Below, piece by piece: positions 14,331 to 24,461 of a stretch of 37,977 nt of DNA. The notes beneath the pieces are model-generated. The model was not told the origin of the DNA. It was given only the letters and a program-made list of their open reading frames with translations, and searched no databases. Numbering within the stretch: the stretch's first letter is position 1; every line of letters begins with the position of its first letter. This DNA is from Saprolegnia diclina VS20 (lineage: Eukaryota): positions 216,535-254,511 of the forward strand of contig NW_008246087.1 of the NCBI RefSeq assembly GCF_000281045.1, in the 5' to 3' direction. The translations under genes and the position numbers were made by a program.

Positions 14331-16774
14331 ACAACCTCGTCGACGGCGAGATCAAGACCTCCAAGACGGGTCGAAAGACGACGTACCTCGTCTCAGCGGC
14401 GTCCATGTGGCGCGTCCTTCTCGCGCAGCCCGACGGCACCAAGGCCCGCATCTGGCTTCGGCTAAGCCAAGCGCACAAGTCGTTCTTGGCGAGCATGGCG
14501 AAGCGGCAAGCTGAGCCTGCGATCGAGCTCCCGACGAAGAAGCGGACCCAGTATGATGCCTTTATATGTCTTGTGCTCATGCTCTTTCTCGTAGGTCCGA
14601 ATCGGCAGCTCCGCTCGAGTCGCCCGCGGCGAAGCGCATGAAGTACAATCTCCCTGCATGTCGTTCGGCTCATGGACGTTTTCGAAGGCCCGACATGCCG
14701 CAATCATATGCGAAGACCGAGATCAAGTCAATCACGTTGTCCATCCGATGCTCATGCTCTTTCTCTCGTAGGGACGAAGGCGCGGAGGTCGCGTTTACGT
14801 TTGTGACGCCGCCCCTTCCAGCCAAGCAGACGAAGTACACATCGTCGATAGTTGTCTTGTGCATATGCATGTTCTCGTAGGCCCAAGAAAAAGCCCGCGG
14901 CTTCGTCACCGCCCCGCAAGTCGCCGCCAGTGCCCGTGACCCCGGGGCCGACGCCAAAGAAGGTCGACCGCCCAAAGTGGCCAACGCAGCGCGCAGTGGT
15001 GAGCAACTACACGACGTGGGCATGTATTCTTATTACTTTTTTCTAGACATTCATGCACGCGTCGCCTTACCTTGTCGAGATGCTCGACGGCGAGCAGATG
15101 AAATGCCCGGTACGGCTCTATGCCAACGGCATTCTTTGTACTCAAGCCACTATATAGCAATCGGACACCGACACCGAGTACGATGCGGTCGTCGCAGGCT
15201 TGCGACAAGCCAGCGTACGCAGCATGCTCCGCATGTGGCATCTGATACGAGTTTTGTGGTTTCAGCAAAGAGCGCGACAGACAACGCGCCGTACGACGCC
15301 CGCTGGTGTCAACATGCACTGATGCACATCGTAGCCGTCGCTGTGCGCCCGATTTTGGCGACGCGCGCGAACCTCATGCTTGTCGAGGACGATGACTGCA
15401 ACGTGCTCCACTTTTCCGGTCATGGTACGAGTGACGCTGCGCTTTTGTTTGAGGCTGACGACGTGTCTGGCGACTTGGTTTACGTCGAGCAAATGGCGGA
15501 ATACTTCAAGTCGTCCCCGCCACGACTTGTCGTTCTCCTTGCGTGCCACTCGGAGAAGATGGGTACGTTCATTTGCACATCTATGCCTGAAACTTGTGCT
15601 AGCTCCCGCATTCTTGGCGGCCGGGGTCAAGCACATAATATGTGTGAGCTCGGACTGGGCCATGACTGAAGACGCGGTGAACGTCTTTGCTCAGTAGGAT
15701 CCCATGGTACTCTCGATATGCAGTCTTCTCTGCGTCTTGACTAGGTCGCTCTACAATGTGCTTGGGCGCGGACGCGGAATCGACGACGGCTTTGCCAAGG
15801 CGAAATCCGACGTCAGCAGAGCCAACATTCACGACGCAGAAGTGGTGTGAATCGCGACCATCAAAACTGGTGTCATTCAGCTCGATACAGGAAGCGGACC
15901 ACTTTGTCCTCTTGCCGCGTGGCGCCGACCACTCCACGGTCATCTTTCCCGCGGCGTGTGACGACTCGGACGTTCTTCCCGGGGACCCGTTCCCACGGCT
16001 TCGTGCTGACAAGCTCCCAAAAGAAGTCCAGGCGCGTCGACCTCGTACTCTTTTGCATTCTTTCTCACGACGATCGACTGAGTAGGAGTACAAGGAGCGC
16101 CAACTCGAAGAAGGATTGGTTCAAACACAACGAAAGTGATGACGCAAGGAGCTCAGCTGTTTTTGTTCGCAGATCTGCAGTCGCTTGGCCAGTCGGAAAG
16201 CCCGCGTCGCTTGGCTTCATGGCCCTCGTGATGCCGGCAAGACGCAACTAGCATGCAGCGCTGCCCGCGCGCTGCAGATCAGCCGTGTCTTTGCGCGCGG
16301 TATCACCTACGTCAGTGTTCAAGACATCGCTGCGCCGAGCCCTGGCGTCGCAAACAACGCTGTCCTCGATACGCTTAAGCTCCAAGTGGATGCTTGGCTC
16401 GCGGCGACCGCCGACCGGTCTGTATGGAAGCAGCGGCGATCAAATTGCTTATGCTGCTTGCGATTAGGTCTTCTGAGCCCAAAGCCGCGACTCTCATCGT
16501 GCTTGATGGCGTCGACGCGCTCGTATCGTCGCCTGCTTTTGTTGACTGGCTCGACAAGATGTGCTTTTACGAGGCGTATGCGCACTTTCTCCTCACGTCA
16601 CGCGCCATCTCGCCGCACGTCGGCGCGTTCAAGAACCCGAGTAGCGTTCACCCGATCGCGATTGCGTGCCACACCACACTGGCACTGGACACGCCCTGCC
16701 GCCGCCGCATCGACCCACTGTACGGCTTTGCCAGCAACACCAACAACGCATCGGTCAAGACCGAAGCTATCTAA
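14318..16774 (+). CDS. CHAT (caspase-like) protease plus STAND/NB-ARC-like P-loop NTPase gene, copy 1; 5'-truncated, about 14 introns
   Basis: Manual splicing gives one open frame: ...EIKTSKTGRKTTYLVS...TFMHASPY...VLHFSGHG (15409-15426)...LLFEADD...RLVVLLACHSE (Cys 15544-15546)...FLAAGVKHIICV...EADHFVLLP...EYKERQLEE...RVAWLHGPRDAGKTQLA (Walker A 16221-16244)...LIVLDGVD (Walker B 16493-16516)...FLLTSR, TAA 16772-16774. One intron (16032-16085) needs a GC donor. Confidence 0.72.
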
Positions 16775-17699
16775 TCGACGCGCGATAAGCAAACAAATTT
16801 AGTGTACTTTTAGGCTTTCTGTTTGTTTGGGGTCATTCGTCAATGACGTTGGTCGAGTTGGAGAGCGCACACGAAGAGTCACAGGATCCTACAAGATGTA
16901 TTAGGTGTCGATACACATGTCATTCGTGAGCGAGTATGGGTCGTCGACGTTGCGCATGTCGCGCAAAGCATGCTCCATGACAAGTTGGCAGCGTCGATAG
17001 TCGACAGGATCGTAAAGGGTCCTGCGCGAGGCCCATGTAACTTGCATGCCCCATCTTTGATTAGCTGTGCGAGGCGGCTGCAGCCAATCGTACTGCAAGC
17101 GTCATCATCATCAAGGAAGCCACCGACTATGCCATGCGTCGAACCGTAAGCTGCTGGGCACAACACCGTTTTACTGTCATGCGTTGTTGCTCAATCACTA
17201 CCGCGTAGCAGTAGCGTGTGCGCCAACCCTACCCCGCATAGGGCTAGGTTTCGTACCGAGAAGGTATGGCCGTCTGGAGGTCGCCGGTGTCGATCTTGGA
17301 GCCATGCCGCAGCAGCGGCGCGTCGAATAGTACCATTATACTAGTAGTCGAGATGTGCTCAAACGAGTTGGATGCAGCCAAATTGACTCGCCAGACAAAG
17401 ATAACCGAGGGAAGCTCATGCGGTGCATGACATTCTTGGTAACCGTCGCCCCGGCTAGCGACACCTTGTGCTGCGTTTCGCGAGGCATGCTCGACGAATT
17501 CTACGCAGGCAAAGAGCGTACAGCTTGTCAAAGATGACGCCTAGCTGATCTCACTTGCTTTGCCTCCAGCTCCCACCCAGGCTCCCACCCATTGCCAAAA
17601 CTGATCCGCGGCAACCGGAAGGATATCCGGTTGACGTGGGGCTTTGCGAAGCGCAGTCAGTGTACATTATTCTGGTCGGCCAAGCCATGCGCCCCCGTG

Positions 17700-17910
17700 G
17701 ACTTGCCCGAAGGCAGGCGAGTCCAACGCCCGGTACGCTTTATGCTAGCGTTTCCATGTACTCAAGGCATTGTAGCGCAAGCGGACGTATGATGCGGTTC
17801 TCGCAGGCTTGCGACAAGTCAGCCTTCGCGACGTTGTACGACGCAAATTCCGCGTATGTTATCTGATGCATTTTTATGGCTCTACTAGGTTGTCGCCGTG
17901 CGGCCCATTC
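17700..17910 (+). pseudogene. Short degenerate fragment of the CHAT-NTPase family (pre-CHAT exons)
   Basis: cccggtacgctttatgc...gatgcggttctcgcaggcttgcgacaagtcagc...gtcgccgtgcggcccatt aligns by eye with 15107-15355 of copy 1. Confidence 0.65.
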
Positions 17911-17991
17911 CGATGGCGCGATGGGTCCGAAGGAGTCGCAAAAGCTGGGAGCAAGGTCACGCGTTTCACGACCAAGAACCCGCAGGCGACG

Positions 17992-19290
17992 ATGGCCGGC
18001 GTCGCGCGCTTGGTGACTTCGGACGAAGGCTTGTCCAAGGCAGACGTTGACGCATGGGTCGGCTTCGCGACACTGCCGCCGGACGAGGTGGTTGACGCTG
18101 CCGTAACACTCGGGGATCTGGGTGTCCTCCTCACCAAGAAGGCCAACAACTCGGAGTCGGTCAAGCGCGCGATCTCGGTTCTCAGCGACGTCGGGGTCAA
18201 GACCTCGAAGAAGGGCCGGAAGACGCTCTACCACGTCTCGGCCATGGCGATGACTTGCGTCATCTTGGCTCTGCCCGAAGTTCACAAGGCTCGTCGGACG
18301 CTGCTCAAGATCAAGCAGGCCTTTCGGACATTCTTGACGCACAAGACAGCCCTTCGATCCCAGCCTGCGATCGAGCTCCCGACAAAGAAGCGGACGCAGT
18401 ATGACGCCTTTGTATGTCTTGTGCTCATGTTCTTTCTCGTAGGTCCGAGCCGGCAGCTCCGCTCGAGTCGCCCGCGGCAAAGCGCATAAAGTACGATTTC
18501 CCTGCATGTCGAGCACTCGTTGACGTTTTCGAAGGCCCAACATGCCGCCAACACATGCGTGCGAGACCGACGATGGGTACGTTCCTTTGCATCTCGACAC
18601 GCTCCATGACTTAAACTATTGCATGTCCTAGCTCCCGCGTTCCTGGCAGCCGGAGTGAAACACATAATCTGTGTGAGCTCGGACTCAAGACGCGGTGACT
18701 GTCCTTGTACAGTTTTATTGCTATGCGTCTTGACTAGGTTGTTTCCACTGTGCGGGCGCAACGTCAACGAGTGTTACTGCTGCGAAAGCGACATTGGGAC
18801 ACCCAGCATTGCCGGCGCACACAAGGTCGCGACCACCTCGTCTGCACGGTCAATGCTGGATGTACCGACGTCGTCTTTCGCATCGGGGACGCTTGTCGAC
18901 GTTGCGTCCGCCTCAAGCACATTGGGTGCGTTCCGGCTGCCCGGGCAAATGAGACGCCATGCCCCGCGTCTTCTCCTTCGCGTCGACGAGCTTCCGGAAG
19001 AAGCCCACGTGCGTCTACCCCGTACGAGTTGCATTCTTTCTCATACGTATGGACTGCATAGGAGTCCAATGGCGCCAACTCGATGAAGGACTCATTTGTC
19101 GAGAACGATGACGCAAGAAGCTTCGTTGTATTGGTACGTAGATCTGCAGTCGGTTCGCCAACCCGAAACCTCGCGACGCTTGGCTGCATGGGTCATGCAA
19201 TGCCGGTAACTCACGCAACGTGCAGCGCAGTTTGCGAGCCGGAGCTCGGAATCAGCGCAAACTGCGATAATAAGCAAAACATTTAGTGTA
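17992..19290 (+). pseudogene. CHAT-NTPase family copy 2: N-terminal domain retained, CHAT catalytic exons and most of the NTPase deleted
   Basis: 18360-18550 is nearly identical to 14513-14700 (PAIELPTKKRTQ / AAPLESPAAKR). It then jumps to APAFLAAGVKHIICVSSD, skipping HFSGHG and LACHS. The Walker A region is degenerate (about 19180-19210). The 3' flank gataataagcaaaacatttagtgtact resembles copy 1's 3' flank at 16784-16810. Confidence 0.75.
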
Positions 19291-19568
19291 CTTGGTGGTT
19301 CTTGTGTGGCGTCTTTCGTCGAGTACATTAGTAGAAATGTCAAAGCGCAGCCTTGGCTCTTGGGTTTCAAACGCATGAGGCTCTCATTTGCGCAGGAAGC
19401 ACACCGCCAACTTGAAATTGTTTAGAACATGTTTTAAACAGCCGCAGTCGGCATACAAAAACCAAGATGCACGAAACGGTATTTTTGTATGCAAGCGCCC
19501 AAAGCGGCCGCGCCAAGGTCGGTTCCGAGCACGTTCTTCATGGCGTTCATTCCAGCTTTCGATCGGTC

Positions 19569-20979
19569 ATGAGCAAGAGAACCTCCGCGGGTGACCTCCA
19601 CACGACGACGGCCGGCGTCGCGCGCCTGGCCCTCGACGACCGCCATGCCCCGACGCCCCAGGCGACGACGCTCGACCGCCATGCGACGACGCTCGATGCG
19701 ACGATGGGGGGCATCGCGCGACTTGGCCTGGGAGACGAGGAAGAAGCGCGTCCCGCGCCTGCGCTTGAAGCACCGCGAGCGAAGAGAGCCAAGTAGGGCG
19801 TCGAGATGCATCTCCTCTGTCCTTGATGAACCTCCTCATAGGTCCGAGCATGTGTCCTCGATCAACGCAGCGCCGACCCAGTACCCCTCGTCCGAGCCTC
19901 CAACGCGACGCCTCGTGGTATGCTTCTATACCTTCTCATTGCTCGCCATGACACTATCGTGTCTAGACGTTTCTGCACGCATCGCCGTTCATGCTGGCAG
20001 GACCCGACGGTGCAGTGACCAAGTGCAACGTACGCATGCTCATCGATCTATGAGGGTTCTGAGGCCCTTTTTTAGCGCATCGACGTTGCTGCCAAGTACG
20101 CGGCAGTCGTCAGCAAGCCCCTGGTTGTATTTTCGCTTGCACTACATTGTACGTCTCGATATTGTCTCCTTCTCAAGTGATGGCATGTTTCTTGATGGTA
20201 GAATGGATATCAAGCCACGGAGCACCGTACGACGCGCGATCCTCTCTCCTCAATGTTGATTTCCGATGTATCGTAGTTGTGGCCGTGCGCTCGGATGTGG
20301 CCACCCGCGCGATGATTTCTTCTGACAATGGATATGCGTAGGCGTACAAGGAGCGCCAACTCGTAGAAGGACTGGTTCGAACAAGTCTAAAGACACTGAG
20401 GCAAGGAGCTCATCTGTTTTGGTACATAGATCTGCAGTCGTTTGGGCAGTCGGAAACCCGCGTCGCTTGACTTCATGGCCCCTTGATGTCGGCAAGACGC
20501 AGCTGGCCTACAGCGCTGCCCGCGCGTTGGAGCTCGGCCGGGCTTTTGTCCGCGGCGTCAAGTGCATTCACATCAAGCACATCACGGAATCTTGCGCCGA
20601 CACTGTCCTCGATGCGCTCGAGCTCCAAGTGGATGCTTGGCTCGCGGCGACCGCCGAACCGGTATGTATGGAAGCAGTGATGAGCAACCTTCTTAGGTTG
20701 ATTGCGATTAGATCGTCTGAGCACAACGCCGCGACCCACATCGTGCTCGATGGCGTCGACGCGCTTGTGTCGTCGCGTGCTTTTGTTACCTGGCTCGACA
20801 AGACGGGCACGGACGAGGAGCATGTGCACTTTCTTCTCACATCGCGCGCCGTTTCGCCGCACATCCGCAAGGTCAAGGACCTGCACCGCGTCCACCAGAT
20901 CGAAATTGCTTGCCACACGACGCTGGCACCAAGCACATACCGCTACCGCTACCCCATTAAGACCCGGACGGCATTTTGA
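19569..20979 (+). pseudogene. CHAT-NTPase family copy 3: different N-terminus, CHAT core missing, NTPase frameshifted
   Basis: Exon TFLHASPFMLAGPDG matches copy 1's TFMHASPYLVEMLDG. 20339-20930 aligns with 16083-16690 (GKTQLAYSAARAL, HIVLDGVD, HFLLTSR, IACHTTLA). It has TGG>TGA at 20468-20470 and 1-nt deletions on both sides of that stop. Confidence 0.75.
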
Positions 20980-21189
20980 TGTGCCCTTGCATACCGCCAC
21001 CATGCGTGTATGAGTATCGTTCTACTGAGTCATGAAATAGTCATTCTTCAAAGCGCTGCAGCGACTGATTGATTCATCCGGAATAGGTACGAGGAGCAAG
21101 GCTGCCCCTCGGAAGATACCCCGCAATTCCGGTCGCTTGAGGTTGTGAAAAACGGTAGCTTTCCAAGCGTCGTTTCGATCGAAATATCC

Positions 21190-22658
21190 ATGATATCCAC
21201 CTCGAGCATGTACGACGACGTCGACGAAGAGCTCGCCAAGTCGACGTACTTGGGTGTGCCTGCAACGCCCCGCGAGAACGTCTCTTCTGCTGCGGCTTCG
21301 TCGCGACTGAGCACGATCGTCTTTGCCAACTGCCCCAAGGCGCACGCGTGCGGCGTTCAGCTTGGCACAACGATTGTGTTCTTGAGCCTCTTTTCTATCG
21401 CGCAGACGTACGTCTGGGACCGCTCGGCGCCCTTCTTCGCCGCGACGTCGCTCCTCCTCTGCTCGTACGAGTTCTTCTGGCTCGCCCACCACAGCACGCG
21501 CACCCTCACTGCGTCGCTCGACCCTGACCAGTCGCCCAGTACGCCTCTTTGCCTCCAAAGTTGCGATTCCATTGTTTGTAGATGCCACGGATTCGTGCGG
21601 CCAAGCGCTCGCCGACCGCTTCTTTGGCGGGCGCCTCATCCTCGTGAGCCTTCTCGCCGGTGCGATTGGTGGTAGCGCCTACTATGGTTGTACGTGGTAT
21701 GGCTTTAACGTACTCAACTCGGTACGTCTGCATTCACGAGGACTTACTGGATGACATGCAATTGGAATCTAGTCGAAAGGCGTCATGTACCCGCGGACGA
21801 TCAAGGCGCTGGGGACCTTTACGGGCGGCGGGTCGGGGCTCTTGAGCGTTTACTGTCCGTCGTGGTCGGCCGCCGTGACGCTCATTTGCTTTGGCGCGTT
21901 CTTCGTCTGCGTCAGCATCGATGCCATTGCCTACCAAGCGTCGCTTCTCTCGCACAAGTTTGTGATGGACAATGGTGAGCTCTACGCGCAGGTACACACA
22001 CATGTACTTTCTAGAGAGCCGCACGACGTTTGATTAGGGTGGGAGCCTTATCATCGCCCTCATGCTTTTCAATCCCGCACCGCCGATCGTGTCGCTCATC
22101 TTGATTTGCCACCACCTCGTCGGCTTCATGTACATTTTCGGCTGCTGCAGTGCGATCTCGGGCTACATTGAGCACCTGCACCAGACGTTTGCAGTCAACT
22201 TGCTCAGCGGCGTCCTCATTGCAACGATCGGCGCGTCGTTTGCGCAGTACCTCTGGCACCGCTGCCTGGAGAAATCGGGCGGACCCTGGCGGTGCAACAT
22301 CCCCTTCGTGCGCTGCCTTGGCGCCGACTCGCCGCGCCTTTTCGAGATCCTCGCGAGTTGCCTCGGAGGCATCCTCGGCATGTTCTTTACGACACTCTAC
22401 GTCGATATTGTCGGGTCTACGAGCGCCAACGTCGTGTACACGGGCGGCGCAATAATCTTTGCGAACCTCGGAAGACCGTTCCTAGGTGTGCTCAAGCAGG
22501 TTGCTGGCGACACGCCACCGCGCGGCATCTTCGGCGCCCACGGCGGCCTCCTCGACGGCCTTCAGCTCTTCTTACCGCTGATCCTGGCCTTTTCGCCATA
22601 CTACCGGGTGTACATCGGTAGCACAGACCCCACTGGCAATGGCACGCTTCGCAATTAG
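21190..22658 (+). CDS. Multi-pass membrane protein, divergent phosphatidate cytidylyltransferase (CTP_transf_1)-like
   Basis: Many hydrophobic segments across exons. The C-terminal ANLGRPFLGVLKQVAGDTPPRGIFGAHGGLLDGL resembles the CDS/CdsA signature GDLxESxxKRxxxxKDxGxxxPGHGGxLDRxD. The start codon is uncertain (21190 or 21208). Confidence 0.6.
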
Positions 22659-22743
22659 CGACCGACGTCGTATCCTTCGAGAAAAATGTATGTTTTGCTA
22701 TCAACAATAAGTGTCTGTTGTTATGTCTCTATGCACATATATA

Positions 22744-23632
22744 CTATCGATCAGTGAAGGCTAGACCACGTGCTCGGCTTTGGATGTTGGCGGGTACTTG
22801 ACCAAAAGACCTACCTAGAGGCGCAGAGCGAGGTGAAAGCTTGCACACACAGTAAGAAGCTACCTGCACGAGTCCGACGAGTGTGCTAATGGCATTGGGA
22901 AAGACAACGACCATGTCGTCAAGCATGAGGCCATACAGCGCCCAGACGCCGCCCGCCAGAACGTTCATGATCTACCCAGTCTTAGCATTGACAGCATATT
23001 TGCTTGGACGCGTACCGACATGCCTACGGGAAGGCACGAAGCGTCTCGGCGGCGAATGATGTCGGGCAGCTTGGACAGCGGCGAGACTGCAGTCAGCACC
23101 ATGACGATATTGCCTGCATGGGATTTAGCATCGTTGAACTGGAGAGGCTCGTTCGTACCTGGGATGCCAATGAGCACTTTGGCTTCGTGCGTCGGCTTGA
23201 CCATGGCGCCGTGCAGCAAGAACACGTACAAGAGCGCGCCAAGAAGAAGGTGCCAGCGCGCCAGGCGCTACAAAAGCTTGCAAATTGGTTACCAAACTGT
23301 TTCAGTACCTTCTCGAGCGTGTATGTATAGTAGATGGCCACGTAGTACGCGCCAAGGACGGTGCCAACGGTCGTGGTTGTCTGGAGCAGGCGATTCGATG
23401 TCACGAGCGCATACAAGAGGAAGAGCGCCGACTGCAGGAGGTAAAAGAAGAACGGGCCGAACGGCAATGTCAGCGTGCTCTTGGCCGCGCGGATGCGCCG
23501 GATATCTGGCAGCGGCGCCACGGCGAAGAGGAGGCTCGAGAGCACGGCGATGTACGGGATCATGGTCTGCCCCATAGCCACCGAGAGCGCGGTCCAGTCG
23601 GCAGCCGTATCGACGAGCGCCTTGGCCGTCAT
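22744..23632 (-). CDS. SWEET (MtN3/saliva) sugar transporter
   Basis: Two MtN3 repeats: FAVAPLPDIRRIRAAKSTLTLPFGPF...LYAL and VSPLSKLPDIIRRRDASCLPVGM...WALYGL...VFPNAI. The start codon is uncertain (23632 or 23575). Confidence 0.88.
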
Positions 23633-23782
23633 CTGCAAAATGCTGTTGTCCCGTCCACCCTTCAACGTCACGATCCCTGCAAATCCATGCTGCAAATCTT
23701 CGATGCTGTCGATTGATTGGGTATCCGGATAAGAAAGAGCCAATCAAACGCGCCAATAGCTCTCATTTTCGAAGCGGCGCGG

Positions 23783-24399
23783 ATGGGCCATCGCGAGAAG
23801 GAGTACTCGGCGCTCGACCTCGTACGTGGCAGCCTCTGCGCGCAGTATGCTCACGACCGACGTAGAAGGCCGGCGAGGTGCAGGTCGAGGTCTTTGTCGC
23901 TGGCGACGGCGTCAACTACCCGCGCAAGGGCCAAACGGTCGTTGTGCACTACACGGCCTACGTACGTCGTCTTGGACTTCAGTTGCATGACCAGGTGCAT
24001 TCGTAGCTCCAAGATGGCAAGAAATTCGACTCGTCGCGCGACCGCGACAAGCCGTTCAAGTTTAAGCTCGGCGCCGAGCAAGTGATTCCGGGCTTGGACG
24101 AAGGCATCGAGCGGGTGCGCGATGCTTTGTCGTGCGGGCACCAGCTCATGGCGGTGTAGCTGTGCATGAAGGAGCGCGCCAAGATCTATATTCCTGCCGA
24201 CAAGGCGTACGGNNNNNNNNNNNNNNNNNNNNNNNNNNNNNNNNNNNNNNNNNNNNNNNNNNNNNNNNNNNNNNNNNNNNNNNNNNNNNNNNNNNNNNNN
24301 NNNNNNNNNNNNTGTTTCTCAACTCAATTTGGTATGGACAGTACAGTGCCACCCAACACCAACCTCGTCTTTGACATTGAGCTCGTGACGTTCAAGTGA
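23783..24399 (+). CDS. FKBP12-like peptidyl-prolyl cis-trans isomerase (interrupted by an N gap)
   Basis: Exons read [18 protein letters not shown] / [34 protein letters not shown] / [14 protein letters not shown] / [17 protein letters not shown]. Confidence 0.93.
24213..24312. other. Scaffold gap (100 N) inside the FKBP gene
   Basis: N run. Confidence 1.
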
Positions 24400-24405
24400 G
24401 CAATA

Positions 24406-24429
24406 ATCTCTCAATTGATCTCTCAATTG
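24406..24429. repeat. 12-bp tandem duplication (atctctcaattg x2) between convergent 3' ends
   Basis: Read directly in the sequence. Confidence 0.85.
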
Positions 24430-24461
24430 AGTGTCATGATTCAATCAAGAGTGTATGTATG

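Noticed and set aside
16800..17700. Possible substrate or partner gene (e.g. gasdermin-like) next to the CHAT protease
   Set aside because: Only short, stop-interrupted ORFs; I could not build a spliced model or recognise a motif. A BLASTx/HHpred search would be needed.
14318..20979. Transposon, CRISPR array or Crinkler interpretation of the repeats
   Set aside because: No transposase or RT motifs, terminal repeats, regular repeat-spacer pattern or LFLAK/HVLV motifs; the repeats are intron-containing gene paralogs.
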